64,000 nt of DNA from Utricularia gibba (lineage: Eukaryota; Plantae; Magnoliophyta). The notes beneath the pieces were generated by a model. That model was not told the origin of the DNA, made no database searches, and saw nothing but the letters and a program-made list of their open reading frames with translations. Shown piece after piece: positions 51,881 through 64,000 of this stretch. The position numbers and the translations under genes were made by a program. Within the stretch, counting starts at the first letter, position 1. Every line of letters starts with the position of its first letter. The stretch covers positions 868,001 through 932,000 of the forward strand of contig NEEC01000004.1 in the NCBI GenBank assembly GCA_002189035.1. The letters are read 5' to 3'.

Positions 51881-52656
51881 AAAGAGTAAGTTATCAATCA
51901 ATCCATCTGATTCTGCAATCTTCTTGTGCCTTGCCAATGGAGATGAAGAATCAGGGGGGTTTTTTTTCTTTTTTTTTTTTAATGCTGTGGTGTACCTTTT
52001 TCTGTGTCCCTTCTATTTTATTCCACAGAAGGGGTTCGAGGCCGAGGCCGAGGTCGAGGTCTGTGTAAACCATAAAAACCAGTCATGAAAACTCTGCTCT
52101 GTGTCCCTTGTGATTAATCGTGCAATAAACCAGTGCTTCAGAACCCGGACCCCAATACCCCTCTCTCTCTCTCTCAGCCTGGTAGATGAGTGATTTGCAG
52201 AGGTGGTGGTGACTTGTTGATGCCTCCACCTCCAGGGTAGGGAGGGGGTAAAAGAAGCACGATGAACAGGGTGGTGACTTGCTTCTGTTCTGATGATGGG
52301 CGTTTGGTGAAGTTGATGATCCACACTCGCTGGAATTTACTCAAATGTCCCTTCATTCGAAAGCCAGATGTGGGGCCGTAATTATTGGGGACGCGTATAA
52401 TCATTGAACCCAATTTTTTAATCTTATAATTGAGATTCCGGGAAAACAAAAAAACAAAAGAACAAAAAACAGAGCGTGCGGTGCGGTAAAACTATTTCTT
52501 TTGGAGGGAGGCATCGGCTTTCTTTCCAGAGTAGGGTGAAATTTGTAAACGCTGGAGTGGGGCCCGGAGCCCCGTGCCACATCGGACGCCGTGAATAAAC
52601 CCTCGTTGTTTTTGTGAGGAAAAAGAAAAAAGAGAAGGGAGACAGAGATGGGCAGC

Positions 52657-52692
52657 AGCGAGCGAGCGAGCGACTGACTGACTGATTGACTG
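52657..52692. repeat. Compound tetranucleotide microsatellite (AGCG)4(ACTG)3ATTG(ACTG)
   Basis: Directly visible. Confidence 0.8.
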
Positions 52693-53484
52693 CAAAGGAA
52701 GGGTGGATCCATTTTTGCTTTGATTTATTTCAAAACTCGAGAAAAGAAATATTTGATTAAAAACACAGTTCATTAATAGGGTGATTAGAACAAGATTGGG
52801 GAGTGGGAAGGAGGGTTGTTGCAGTGCAGTGTGGTGGATGGAGCTCATGATTTGGCAGGCAAGTGGATGGATCAGGAAGAAGCATTTTGGTTGCGATGGG
52901 GTGGGGATCTATCTGTGTCCAAGGCCGTAACTCACTGGTTCAAGTTTTTACCATGCAGGGAGGGCATGTGGGTTATGAGGTAATATCTTGGGGGCGCAGT
53001 AAAATGTACTCGCGTCGCGTATCCAACTCCAACCAGCATAAATGAATACACTGAGGAAGGGAAGGGAAGTAGCCATCTCCAGCAGCAGAAGCGGACACAG
53101 AGCGACTGTGTTTTCTTCTCCACGCCCTTTTCCGCACAACAGCAGCAATACTGTTAACGAGAAACGATCAGGGGTTGGCGATGCCCCCAACACTGCTCCC
53201 CCTCTTTCTTTCTCCCTCCAAATCCTTCCCTTGTTTCCACTGTTGCACCCCATTCGATTCCAAGTTGATGGGGATACACAAATTTGATCCTTATCACTTC
53301 ATTTTGATCATCAGTTTGTGAATTTGGCACCCACAAGGACATACAATGCCCTTCTTCACAAGAAATGATCACCACCGGCCCGCCCATATTCCCTCCCATT
53401 CCAATGATTGCAAAGCCGAGCGCGAGGAGGGAGAGGACAGCCGTGCCGTGGCGGGGCCCCACATGAAGCACGGCAGAGGGTGGG

Positions 53485-53503
53485 CCCCCCCCCCCCCCCC
53501 CCC
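53485..53503. repeat. Poly-C tract (C19)
   Basis: Directly visible. Confidence 0.85.
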
Positions 53504-54612
53504 GCCGGCCGGCCTTATCGCCGACTCTCTCCTTCTTTTGGTTTGGCCTGCGCAAAGTGGAACCCATCTTTTTATTTATTTATTTACCGGAGGGAGGGAG
53601 GGAGGTTAAGACTAAGAGGGTTATTCTCGTCAATCACTATAATTAATTACCTTTCCCTTTCACGACAGCAACCCCTCACCCACTCCTCTCTCTCACGCAT
53701 TTACGTTCCTCTCCCCCAGTTTTTTTATTTTATTTTATTTCTACTATTTTTTGTCCTAACAGATATTAATATATTCTTCCATTTCTTATTATAATACCGT
53801 TTACGAGATATTAAAAGAAAATTATTTGAAAAATCCTTGTGAGGCAGCGGAGGACACACACTAACACACACCATCAGTGTGGACCAGGAATGCCTTGAAA
53901 GTGTGTTGAGGCCGTGGCAATGCTACGGTGGTCTCCACCCTACCCTCCCTACACTGCACTCGCAATCTGAGTTGGAGTTTGTCGCAAAAGCTAGTATCTG
54001 TGTTATCAGTCTTTTAGGCCCCTAGCCTTACCCTCTTCTGCAGCCGAATAATATTTAATTATTTGCATTCACTATTGGGCCTTGTTCCCTTTATATGGGT
54101 CAGGCTCATCCCTCTGTCAGCCTTCCATTCCCAGAAGGACGGCCCAGCCTTTGTCTGAATACTCACGTTTATATTTAAAAAGTATTCTATAAAATTTTTA
54201 AAGGTTATTTTTAATTTTCAAAAAATAAAAACAGTTTTATTCTACAACACTATCAATTGTAAAATTAATTATATTAAAAGTAATTTTGAAATTATACTAT
54301 AAAAATTATTTTTGAAAAAAATCTATTTTTCTATTTTATTTCTATTTTTTAACTAACACAGTTTTCTAAAGTACTTACAATTCATTTCTATTTTTATCAA
54401 TTATTTTTACTTTTCTAAATTAATTTCGAAAAAATAGAAACACAATCTAAAAATTTTCCAAAACACTCATTTAATTTCTAATATTCTTTTTAACTGTTTT
54501 TAAACACACTCGCCTGAGAAAAGCAAATGATTCTGAAGATGGCAGCAGCTTATTGATGTTGCAGAGGACGGAAAACGAGGGAGGGCAGGGCAGCTTTTGC
54601 AAGTCGTCTTTT

Positions 54613-56107
54613 TCACTCCTTGCCGTCGGCAGCGCGCAGAGAGCCGAGTTGCACCGGAGCTTGCGTGCCCACAACTTTGGAGGAGGTGTACACGGATAAG
54701 TCCAGGCCCTGCGCCTTCTCCTTTTCGAGTTGTTCCTTGATCCAGTGGTATGTGATCCTCAATCCATCCTGCAACAACCATAGTATGTGTGTGATCCAAT
54801 GGTAGAGAGACGTGAGATGGGCTGAAGGAGGGGGAGGGTACCTTGAGTTTCATTGAAGGAGCCCACCCGAGCTTTTCTTTGATCAGAGTGTTGTCTGAGT
54901 TTCGGCCGCGGACGCCCTCCGGCCCCGGGATGTGGTGAATCGGAACCTGCTTATCCTCGAATCCCAGAACGATTTCAGCCATTTCATTCATGCTCACCAT
55001 TTCGTCGCTCCCGATGTTCACAGGCTCACGAAAGTCTGACTTCGTTAACCTACAGAGAAATGGCAGTTGAGAAGCTTGCTGGGAATGGACATGTAAAATG
55101 AATCGAGTGAGCATTGCCTTAAAACCCCTTCCACGCATTCGTCTATGAAAGTAAAGGATCGTGTTTGCAGACCATCTCCCCACATTTCGAACTTGTCAGC
55201 AGATGTAAGGGCTTTCCTGCAGAAAGCAGCTGGAGCTTTCTCCCTCCCACCTGCATATACATTCTTCGTTTAGTAAACGAGATGCAATGCGCAGACATAG
55301 ATAATGGACTAGTTTCACCTTTCCATGTGCCAAAGGGGCCATAGATGTTATGGAACCTGCCAATCCGGCACTCAATTCCAAAGTCCTTGTTGTAGTGTTT
55401 ACAGATCTCCTCACTTGCCAGCTTCTCCAACCCATAAGCATCTTGAGGCTACGCCATCCGGTGAAGTATGGAGATAAGTCGGGAAAAATGCAAATCTCAA
55501 GTTTAATAAGTTGAAGAAAAAGCAGAACCTCTGCAGGCCAGGCATCAGACTCTTTCAAGCTCACATTCGTATCCAACTGCTTAAACTCCGGATAGATACA
55601 AGCACTAGAAGCGTAAAAGAACCTGGAGCCAAATAAAAATGCTAACTTGAGTTCTCCATTTTGAGATGAATTCTGAAAGTAGGATACATGAAAATACCTC
55701 TTCACCCCGTTGATTCTTGCAGCCTCTATCATGTTAAAGCTGATCATAGTATTGTTGTACATGATGACAGAGTGGTTGGACTGGATAAAGCCCATGCCTC
55801 CCATGTCAGCCGCAAGATTGAACACGTGGTCAACTCCCAGGGTAACTTTCAAACAATTATCCATCACCCTCAGATCCACAAGATGGAATTCATGGCAAAA
55901 CATATCCTCAGTCATGTGCTCATTCTTCTTCCAGTCAGATGCGATAATGTAATGACCTTCACTCTTCAGCCGCCTTGCAATATGAGAAGCAATGAATCCA
56001 CCAGCCCCTGTTATGGAAATTCGAAGCTTTTCTGTAGGCCAGTAGGGCTCCCTCTCGAGATTTTCATATGTGTATGATCCATAGTTGGTTCCTCCATTGG
56101 TTGCCAT
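54613..56107 (-). CDS. GME: GDP-D-mannose 3',5'-epimerase (ascorbate and cell-wall pathway), 6 coding exons, probable 5'-UTR intron
   Basis: MATNGGTNYGSYTYENLEREPYWPTEKLRISITGAGGFIASH...VFNLAADMGGMGFIQSNHS...YGLEKL...GGREKAPAAFCRK...PEGVRGRNSDN...LRAADGKE*. Confidence 0.97.
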
Positions 56108-57162
56108 GTTTCTAAGAGTCAAAAGTCACACAATAATTGTGTTGAATAACTTTAAGCCAGCACCATATGTAAGCATGAATATAACCAAGTGGAAGCAAAT
56201 AATAGGACGGCAGGTTTACAAATAGGTCAGACTAACAAAACCTACAAAGTGAAAAACCAGCCACCCCACTCGCTCTTTTCTTCGCAAGCTCATATTTTTA
56301 CCACTCGGAGTGTAATCAAAAACACTGATAACATCAAATTTGAAGAGATCAGACAATATCAGGTTACCCAACAGATGCATCCACTTTATCTTAGAGTGAT
56401 TAAAAAAAAAAAAACATTCTTTTGTCGGTGTGAATCAACGTAGGGCATCTTCTACCAACCATTCACAACTAATACAAGCTCAACCACCAAAAGCAGAGCA
56501 TAGATATGAAAGATACTTAATGGAACTCATAAAACCCACGAAACAAATCAACAAACAACACCCACGAATATGTGTCTTTTACTACAGAAGTACAGGATGC
56601 ACCACACCAAAAGAGGGAGCTTCCGTGAAGCCGAAGAATCTGTACCTGGAAAACTGCAGAGTTCAGGGTCAAGTACAAATCTTGGGGACGAGAAAATTGT
56701 ACCCTTTATCCTTCCTTATATGAAATTGGGCGGATGGCTTGCAATATATCCTTAATTGTGCGGACAGCAGTGCATGAAACTAGACCAGTTGGAACGCGAC
56801 AAAAACCGTTGTAAAGGAACGTGCTTTTTCACTCCCCGTCACCACCAATCCAGAGTTATCCCCGAACCGCCCCCGCGACCAAGATTTCCCTGCCTCTGTG
56901 GCTTGCTTTTCTCCATCAGCTGCTGTATTTATAAGCCACGAGCACAATTTCAGGTTGCTCCCCTGAGCCCGGTCCAACCGGGTCTAAAACGAGGGTCTTT
57001 TTGGGAAATGCAAATGTGAACGAATCTGAAGGAGCAAGCACTTCAATAGAACCTCAAAAGTCAGCGAATTAGAATTAAATCAGTTGAAAGTTTAGGATTA
57101 ATAGAGATGGCTAATCAGTAGTTAGCCAGCCAGACCGCTTGTTAATTCACTAATTACTTCTG

Positions 57163-57313
57163 TGGGCCCCGGAGGCTACCCTAATTAAGGGAATCCACCT
57201 CAAATAAATACTTGTTGGGCCTGAGAAGGAAATGTTGGGCCTAATCGAGGAGATCTAATCAGGCCCAATAAGTTCATTTGTTTGCGGTGGAAGTTAGCTG
57301 AGTTCAAGGCCCA
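57163..57313. promoter_or_regulatory. Cluster of five site II (TGGGCC/GGCCCA) motifs in the divergent GME / ion-channel promoter
   Basis: Motifs at 57163, 57216, 57236, 57262 and 57308. Confidence 0.65.
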
Positions 57314-57497
57314 CCCAAAATGGGGTCAAATAGAATCATCTATGGGGAGGGAGGCCTCGCACTGGTCAATAGTTTAGAACGGAGCTGGGAGTGTGGTTGG
57401 CATCACAAAGTCTGAAGACTGGAAAATGGGGATTTGAGATCGCCTCTTCTGTGGTTTGAGGAAAAGAGAGTTTAAGGGAAGGAAGGGGCAGGGAGAA

Positions 57498-60400
57498 ATG
57501 CTGCGGTTTCATAGTTCGGGGCCATTCATTTCATCAAGGAATCAAGAATCAAGCTGGGGATCTTCTATCCGGACTAGGTGCGTTTTTCTTTTCCAGATAT
57601 CATGGTTTCGTATAAAAATATTAAATCTTTAGTTCTGTGGCCATTTTGTTACTAGTTGAATGCAGCTGATGGATATGAGGTTGTCTTGATATCTATGTCA
57701 AAATGCTGTAATGATTTGCAGGCATTCATGGCGATGTGTGCTGAATTCAACCTTCCTCTTTCATAGGATGATATTATCAGGACGAGGCGAGTCACAATCC
57801 ATTTTAATTATGCTTCAATGATCCTAAGAACTGGTGAAGTTTATATTTGTAAAAACACTGTTAACTCATTCAGGTACGGAAAACCTTATCTAGTTTGTGT
57901 GGTAGCATGAGACACGAGCTTGATCTTTTTTTTTTCCATGTTTTTTTAGAATATTAATTTAATGATAACGTTGTTTCAGTAGATTCTATGGCGATTTCAA
58001 GAATGGCGTGGAGGACTACAGAGACTAGCATGAAGATTACTAGTTGTTTCCATCTGAATTCTTGTTCACGGAAGATAGGTTCAGCAAAATGTTTTCAGGT
58101 GCATACCCTCTAGTTTTTGGTTGTATTACAAGAAACAATACTGAGGTTTCTTGAATCCTGAGGTCTGTCGTGCTGCTTCACGTGTTCTGTGTCAAATTCT
58201 TGAAAACCAACTACAACTTTTCTTGAAGTCCCTGCAAAAATCTTTGAATTCTGAAACAGGATGCTAATTTGGGTGGCTATCATTCACAAAATTCGTGCCA
58301 TTTGATCTTAAATTCTGCAGGGACGTGAAGCTAAAAGTATTATTTCAGTCTTCATCCCTTATACTCTAGCGAGAGTTTTAGGCGTATGTCACAAGCAACC
58401 ATTCGCAGCTTCATATTCACCTTTTGCATGCATTTCTAGTTCCTTGAGTAAACCATTGCCCCTCCAATTGGATGTTTCATTACCTCTAATCCACGATATC
58501 AAATGGAGTTTGGCTCGGGTGTTTTATTTATTTAACATGCAACTTGACAGAAATATATCCACGTAAGATAGCAATGCTTTGGTTTCCATGTGCTTACCGT
58601 TCCTTGACATTTTTTTGAGTTCTTAAGCAGTAGAATCATGCAGGTTCTTTATTGTTCTCCTTGCAGCATGCTTCTCCTTTGTATTTATTGGTGGCATACT
58701 TTTCTACAAGTTCAGGTGAAAACATCAGCCGTATTTATTTTCTAGTCATTCGCTTTCTTCATATGTCTCTCCTTCCCCTCTCCTAGAATTGATGCGTTCT
58801 AGCTGACACACACTATTTAATGTGGAGTACAGGGGTAAACGCCAATCACTTGAGGATTGTTTTTGGGAAGCTTGGGCATGTCTTTGTTCATCCTCGACAC
58901 ATCTGAAAGTATGGATTCTCTTAATCATTTCTTTACTGTTGCAACGTAAAAATTGTTTTATTGTTACTGATCTGCAAAATTGGATGATATAATATGCAGC
59001 AAAGAACTCGAACTGAACGCATTATTGGCTTCATTCTTGCCATATGGGGCATACTCTTCTACTCTCGCCTGCTTAGCACAATGACTGAACAATTGAGGGT
59101 ATACTTTTGAAGATGGAATTCTATTTCAAGTTAAATTGGCATGCCTTATTAACATTTCAGCAGAATAACATGCATAGGCTCAGAGAGGATGCAGAAATGC
59201 ATGTTCTGGAAGCAGACCACATAATTGTTTGTGGAGTGACTTCGCAGCTCAGCTTTGTGTTGAAACAGCTAAATAAGTACCATGAATTTTCTATTCGCTT
59301 GGGCACTGCCAATGCAAGGTCTATTCTTTTTAGTTTCTATGCACACTTTCATAAGATGGCTGTAAAGGATCATACATATTTGCAGGAGACAGAGAGTGCT
59401 TCTTTTGTCTGACATTCCACGGAAACAAATGGATAAAGTTGTGGATAGCATAGCTAAAGATCTAAATTCAATTGATGTTCTCACCAAAAGGTTACTGATA
59501 TGTTTCTTTTTAGTAGTTCCAAGTTTCTTGAGGTTCCTTCATGTTTAGCCTCGTTTCTTCATGGGAGCTCTTATCTTTGTCTTAATATTAAGGTAAAAGG
59601 TAAAGTATTCAGAGAGACTGGTAGAGAAATACTTTGAAGCCACAATTTAGTGGCATAAAATCCCTCACTTTTGATGCATCTGATAATGCAGCTGTAGCTT
59701 GAGTTCAACAAAATCATTTCAAAGGGCTGCAGCTGATAAAGCACGTGCTATAATCATATTGCCAACAAAGCATAACCGGTGAGAATATGTGTGGGACATC
59801 AATATGCGATTTAGAATAGACACTGGCGCGTCATTTTACCCATTTTCATTTATGCCTGCTAATCATGCCATTTCTGGAGTTTTGCAGCTTGCTTTCATGT
59901 GGTTTCATAATGTAGATATCAAATAATCTAAACATGTGCAGTCATGTTGACCCCATATCTGGATGTTCTTTTCAATAAATTTTTCGAGGTACGAAGCTGA
60001 CTCGGATGCCTATGTATCTGTTCTAGCTCTCCAGTCCCTTCCAATGATGACCTTTATACCTACAGTTGTGGAGGTACTGTAAGAGAATGTCCTCTCCACA
60101 CAACCCTATCTCCTTCCATCCGATACTGTCTCCTTTCTGAATGTAGGTTTCAAGTTTAAGTTCATGTGATCTGTTAAAATCAGTATCAGGCTTGAAAGTC
60201 GAGCCTGTGATAAATGCGGCACCAAAATTATTTGTTCAATGTTCTCGGAAAAAAGAGCTCATATCTATATACAAGCACCTGCTTAATTATCGAAGTACAT
60301 CTTATCTCTCCTGTTGTTTTATCTCAAGTGATTATATTCTTTTTTATCAATGCTCTCCCTTTGATCATGTGATTCTTTTGACATGGCAGAAAATGTGTTC

Positions 60401-62516
60401 AATCTCTGCAGTTTTCCTCATTTTCATGGATTAAGTTATGGACAGCTGAGACTTGGATTCCAGGAGGTAAAAAAAGCCCACTAATAAAATTGTCCACCTG
60501 AGTTTTCTCATATAACTGTTTTGTATCCTGAAATTTCTTCAGGCTGTAGTCTGTGGGCTTTTTAGAGGTGGAAAGATATACTTTCGCCCAAATGACGAAG
60601 AAGTATTGACGAAAAATGATAAAGTATGTCCATGCTATTATCTAACAGAGTTGGATTTTTATTGGAAAATACTCTCTTTTGCTATTCTCTTCCATGCCGC
60701 GGTATTCTAGTAACTTTTATATTCCATTTTCACACCTATTAATAAAGTTTTACACTTGAAATGGCAGGCTTTATTCATTTCATCGATGCAGGGGATGAAG
60801 AAGCCAGAGCCCTTCTTCCATCTGGATGCTGAAGATAGTGATAACTCAACGAATAGTGTTAATGATTTTAGAAAAAGCATGGAATCTCTGAATCGAGGCC
60901 ATGGAGTTGCACATCAGGGTTTGGAGAACACAGTGAGAACACCTGAAATATATGCTTTTGAATATCTGGTATACCAGTTCATTCCTATTTTCGCCCATGT
61001 TAATGCATCAAATGCTTTGGGCATCTTCGTGCAGTCTACTAACCTTTCAGCCCCAGAGGAGCACATTCTAGTGCTGGGTTGGCGTCCTGACATGTTGGAA
61101 ATGATAGAAGAATATGACAAGCACCTGGGTCCTGGAAGCACTGTGGTATGGTACATACCTCTGTTTGTGCCTAATGGATATTTTAGTTTTCTCTCTATGT
61201 ATTGATGTATGAATGCAGGATGTCTTGTCGGATGTCCCACTAGATAAAAGACATAAGATGAACAAAAATGCTAGTCGGATAAAGCTCCAAAACATTGAAG
61301 TTTTTCACAAGGTGAAAGTTTAGAAGTGACATTCCAATTGGGAAATTTATAGGTTTGTGTACTTTCGCCTTCATCTTACTAGTTCTGTTTTTTTTTTTTT
61401 TCCCTTAGATTGGAAATCCAATGGAATATGATGTTTTAGAGGAAATCATTCTTAACCATAAAAGTTCCTTCAAGAAACAGGGTGTTTCATTTTCAATTGC
61501 TGCAATATGTGATGAATATTGGCGTGATGGAGGTAAAATTGGATTTGAATATGATTTACCACAATATGGTTCCGATCTAACTCCCTTTCTCTTCACTTCA
61601 AGATCTATCAAGAGGTGACAAAAACTCAGTGTACGCACTTCATCTCGCTGAAAGCATCTGTAACATGGAATAAAGGTGCTCTTTGGTCACTCAATTTTAA
61701 TTATTGCTTCTCATTATATTTCTCCTATTCTTTTTAAATGGACTAAGAGTACCCACAGGTCCATAATCTTGTTGCTGAAATTGTGAATTCAAAGTTCGGA
61801 AAACAGGTTTTGCTCTTGCTTATATTGCTTCCTGAAAGAATCTGCTCATCTAAAACACTCTCTCTATGTACTGTACTTGCTGGTATGAATCTCCTCCCTC
61901 CTACAGCTTTCACGGATCAGATCGTCCTTTGTGTATATAGCGCCTGAGGAAATAATGAGCCTTGTGACAGCTCAAGGTGTGTTCTGCTATTGACATATTG
62001 GCATTTGCCTTTTGACAGAAACTTGATTTCTCTGCACATTAGTGGCAGAAAACAGTGAACTCAATGCAGTTTGGAAAGATATCCTGAGCGCAGATGGGAA
62101 TGAAATATGTGTGAAGGTGAAACCTTGCGCGCACTACTACTCTCTGGTCTTTTTTAAGCTTCACATCCGCATGCGTCGCCATGCTCCTCTGCGAAATCAT
62201 CGACATCTTCTGTTTCTGACAGGACATCAACCGTTACATGGAACCAGGGGAGAGTCCTTCGTTCAGGGAATTATCCGAGAGAGCACATCTTCTTGGGGAA
62301 GTCGCTATTGGTTACATAAAGAACAGCAAGACGGTCTGCTCTGTATCTTCTTCCCTTTTTTTCTGCTGGATGCGCTGATCACCCTCATGGTTACATGACG
62401 CTGTTGCGCCGCCGCAGGTTATCAACCCGTCTCCGAAATCGGATCCCCTGATCCTCGATCCCGCCGGTGACGATGCACTGATCGTGATATCCGACCCTCA
62501 ATTTCAAGTGATTTGA
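57498..62516 (+). CDS. Putative ion channel POLLUX-like 2 / plastid envelope cation channel (PEC1/2-type), more than 20 exons; apparent -1 frameshift with premature TAA at 61671
   Basis: [117 protein letters not shown]. Confidence 0.9.
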
Positions 62517-63070
62517 TAATAAAAAGTAGAAGAAACCTGCATCTAAATTTACCAAAATAAAAATTATTTTCATTAATAGTATTGTTTTTACTTTTTAATC
62601 CTTTTTAATTAATTTTCTTATTTACAATATTTACAACAAATAAAAAATACATGATACTCGAAAGTGTAGAGTCCAATTGTAGTTTAATCCTTTTTTTAAT
62701 TTTTCTCATTAAAATTTGTTTAATATATAGATTCTGAATATACCTGTTTAAAATAATGTTATTTTTGGTAGATGTATTACTTTACAAATTGAATTGTTTA
62801 GTAAAATTCACTTATAATATAAATTTTGAAATACTTAACAATAAATTTATAAAAAAAATCATATGTAATTATATTAGTCCATCAAACATATATTATTATT
62901 AACATATAAATATTTAAACTGTTAAATCAAAGTATTAAATATTCCCAAAAGATAGATAGCGAATGACTGCTGATTATGAGCCCATTGTGTTTACTGTTTT
63001 GTTATTGACCATCATGGATCGCTTAATTGGTCGATCTGTTGGTTTCGATCAATTAATCGGAAATAATTCA

Positions 63071-63077
<7 letters not shown>

Positions 63078-63104
<27 letters not shown>
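63078..63104. repeat. (AT)n microsatellite
   Basis: Directly visible, about 13 units. Confidence 0.85.
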
Positions 63105-63110
<6 letters not shown>

Positions 63111-63923
63111 TCATATTTTGATATTTATTTATACCTATGAATTCGGCGGAAAATCCTTGGGACCATTATTTATTTATTTACGGATGGTTGGAATATGTAC
63201 GTGGGTAACCCAATTTGGCAACACTGTCCATATTTAATTCCACATTGAAATTCTAAGTATAAATTTTAGTATTTGTAAAACTATGTTTATGTATATGATT
63301 TTTTTTAATAAAATCAATTATAATTATTTTTTTCATTTATTATATATACACATATTATTTTCAATATATCTTTGCGAATCATATTTTTCCTCATAAGGTA
63401 ACACATATTTATGTAATTAAATACATAAAATAAAAGAATAGTAGCGATTCATCATAAAAAAGGCGATCAAGTTAATGCTGACACAAGTTGGTATCTTTGT
63501 TTTTCTTGAATGTGACAAGTTGGTATCATCTGATGCACGTTATGAGATTCCAAGAAGCCAATAGAAAAAAGAGGAAACTCCAAAGGTCCTATCGGGAACA
63601 GCCACGTTACCTGAAGACCAAGAAAAGCAATTTAATGAAAACAGAGGAAGGAAACAGTACTCCCGCTGTTGCTGATAAACACTAGACGATCGGAGAAGTA
63701 TGGTCAAGCACCTTCCCCTGTCCACCCAATGCAGCGAAATAAATCCGTGGGCATTCCCTACTCCATCGCCCCTCTCAATAAATGGAAACTGTCCCACTTC
63801 AACTATTCCCCACTTGGAACACTACAGTGCCTGCGCCAGCCTCAGACCGGTCGGCATGAGCGAGCTGCTGTGCCTGGGTGCGGTGATTCCGGTGCCCAAT
63901 GTGTCCCTGGTGGGGTGATTCAA

Positions 63924-64000
63924 TTACAGACGCCTTATTTGATCGCCCTGAATAGAGAGCAGTGCCCCAGCAGGCTGATCAATGATACGCCTGCCTGTCT
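63924..64000 (-). CDS. Possible last coding segment of a gene continuing beyond the window (...TGRRIIDQPAGALLSIQGDQIRRL*)
   Basis: This is the only minus-strand frame open from the window edge to TAA at 63924-63926. It has coding-like composition followed by UTR-like sequence; the product is not recognised. Confidence 0.35.
   Translation of the reverse strand, partial: TGRRIIDQPAGALLSIQGDQIRRL

Noticed and set aside
52838-52930. ENOD40-like peptide (MELMIWQAS)
   Set aside because: Lacks the SIHGS ending and the conserved ENOD40 region II nucleotide motif.
63023-63056. 12-bp inverted repeat next to (AT)n as a Helitron or MITE end
   Set aside because: AT-rich stem, no CTRR terminus at the expected distance, and no matching second terminus in the window.

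Overview
This is a gene-dense nuclear window from a flowering plant with a very compact genome (probably a eudicot; species not determinable from sequence). It holds about 19 complete protein-coding genes, mostly with introns of about 65-120 nt. There is also a possible gene end at the right edge, and I recognised no transposon coding sequence. In order: PLS/E+ PPR protein, WD40 protein, tRNA-Gly(CCC), alpha/beta-hydrolase, DUF688-like protein, TAP46, U4 snRNA, U6 snRNA, inositol polyphosphate 5-phosphatase, Raf-like kinase, XRI1, tesmin/TSO1-like CXC protein, RPS3a, IQD, Pol III subunit RPC9, EER5/PCID2, EPFL peptide, TSJT1/AILP1-like protein, DUF506 protein, GME, and a POLLUX-like plastid ion channel. 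The most notable structure is a head-to-head pair of U4 (Pol II-type promoter) and U6 (Pol III-type promoter) genes with starts about 590 bp apart; their RNAs pair with each other in the spliceosome. Caution: five genes each carry a single -1 frameshift that is repaired by adding one base to a short homopolymer. This points to consensus sequencing errors rather than pseudogenes. Gene identities come from manual translation and remembered family motifs; no database searches were run.
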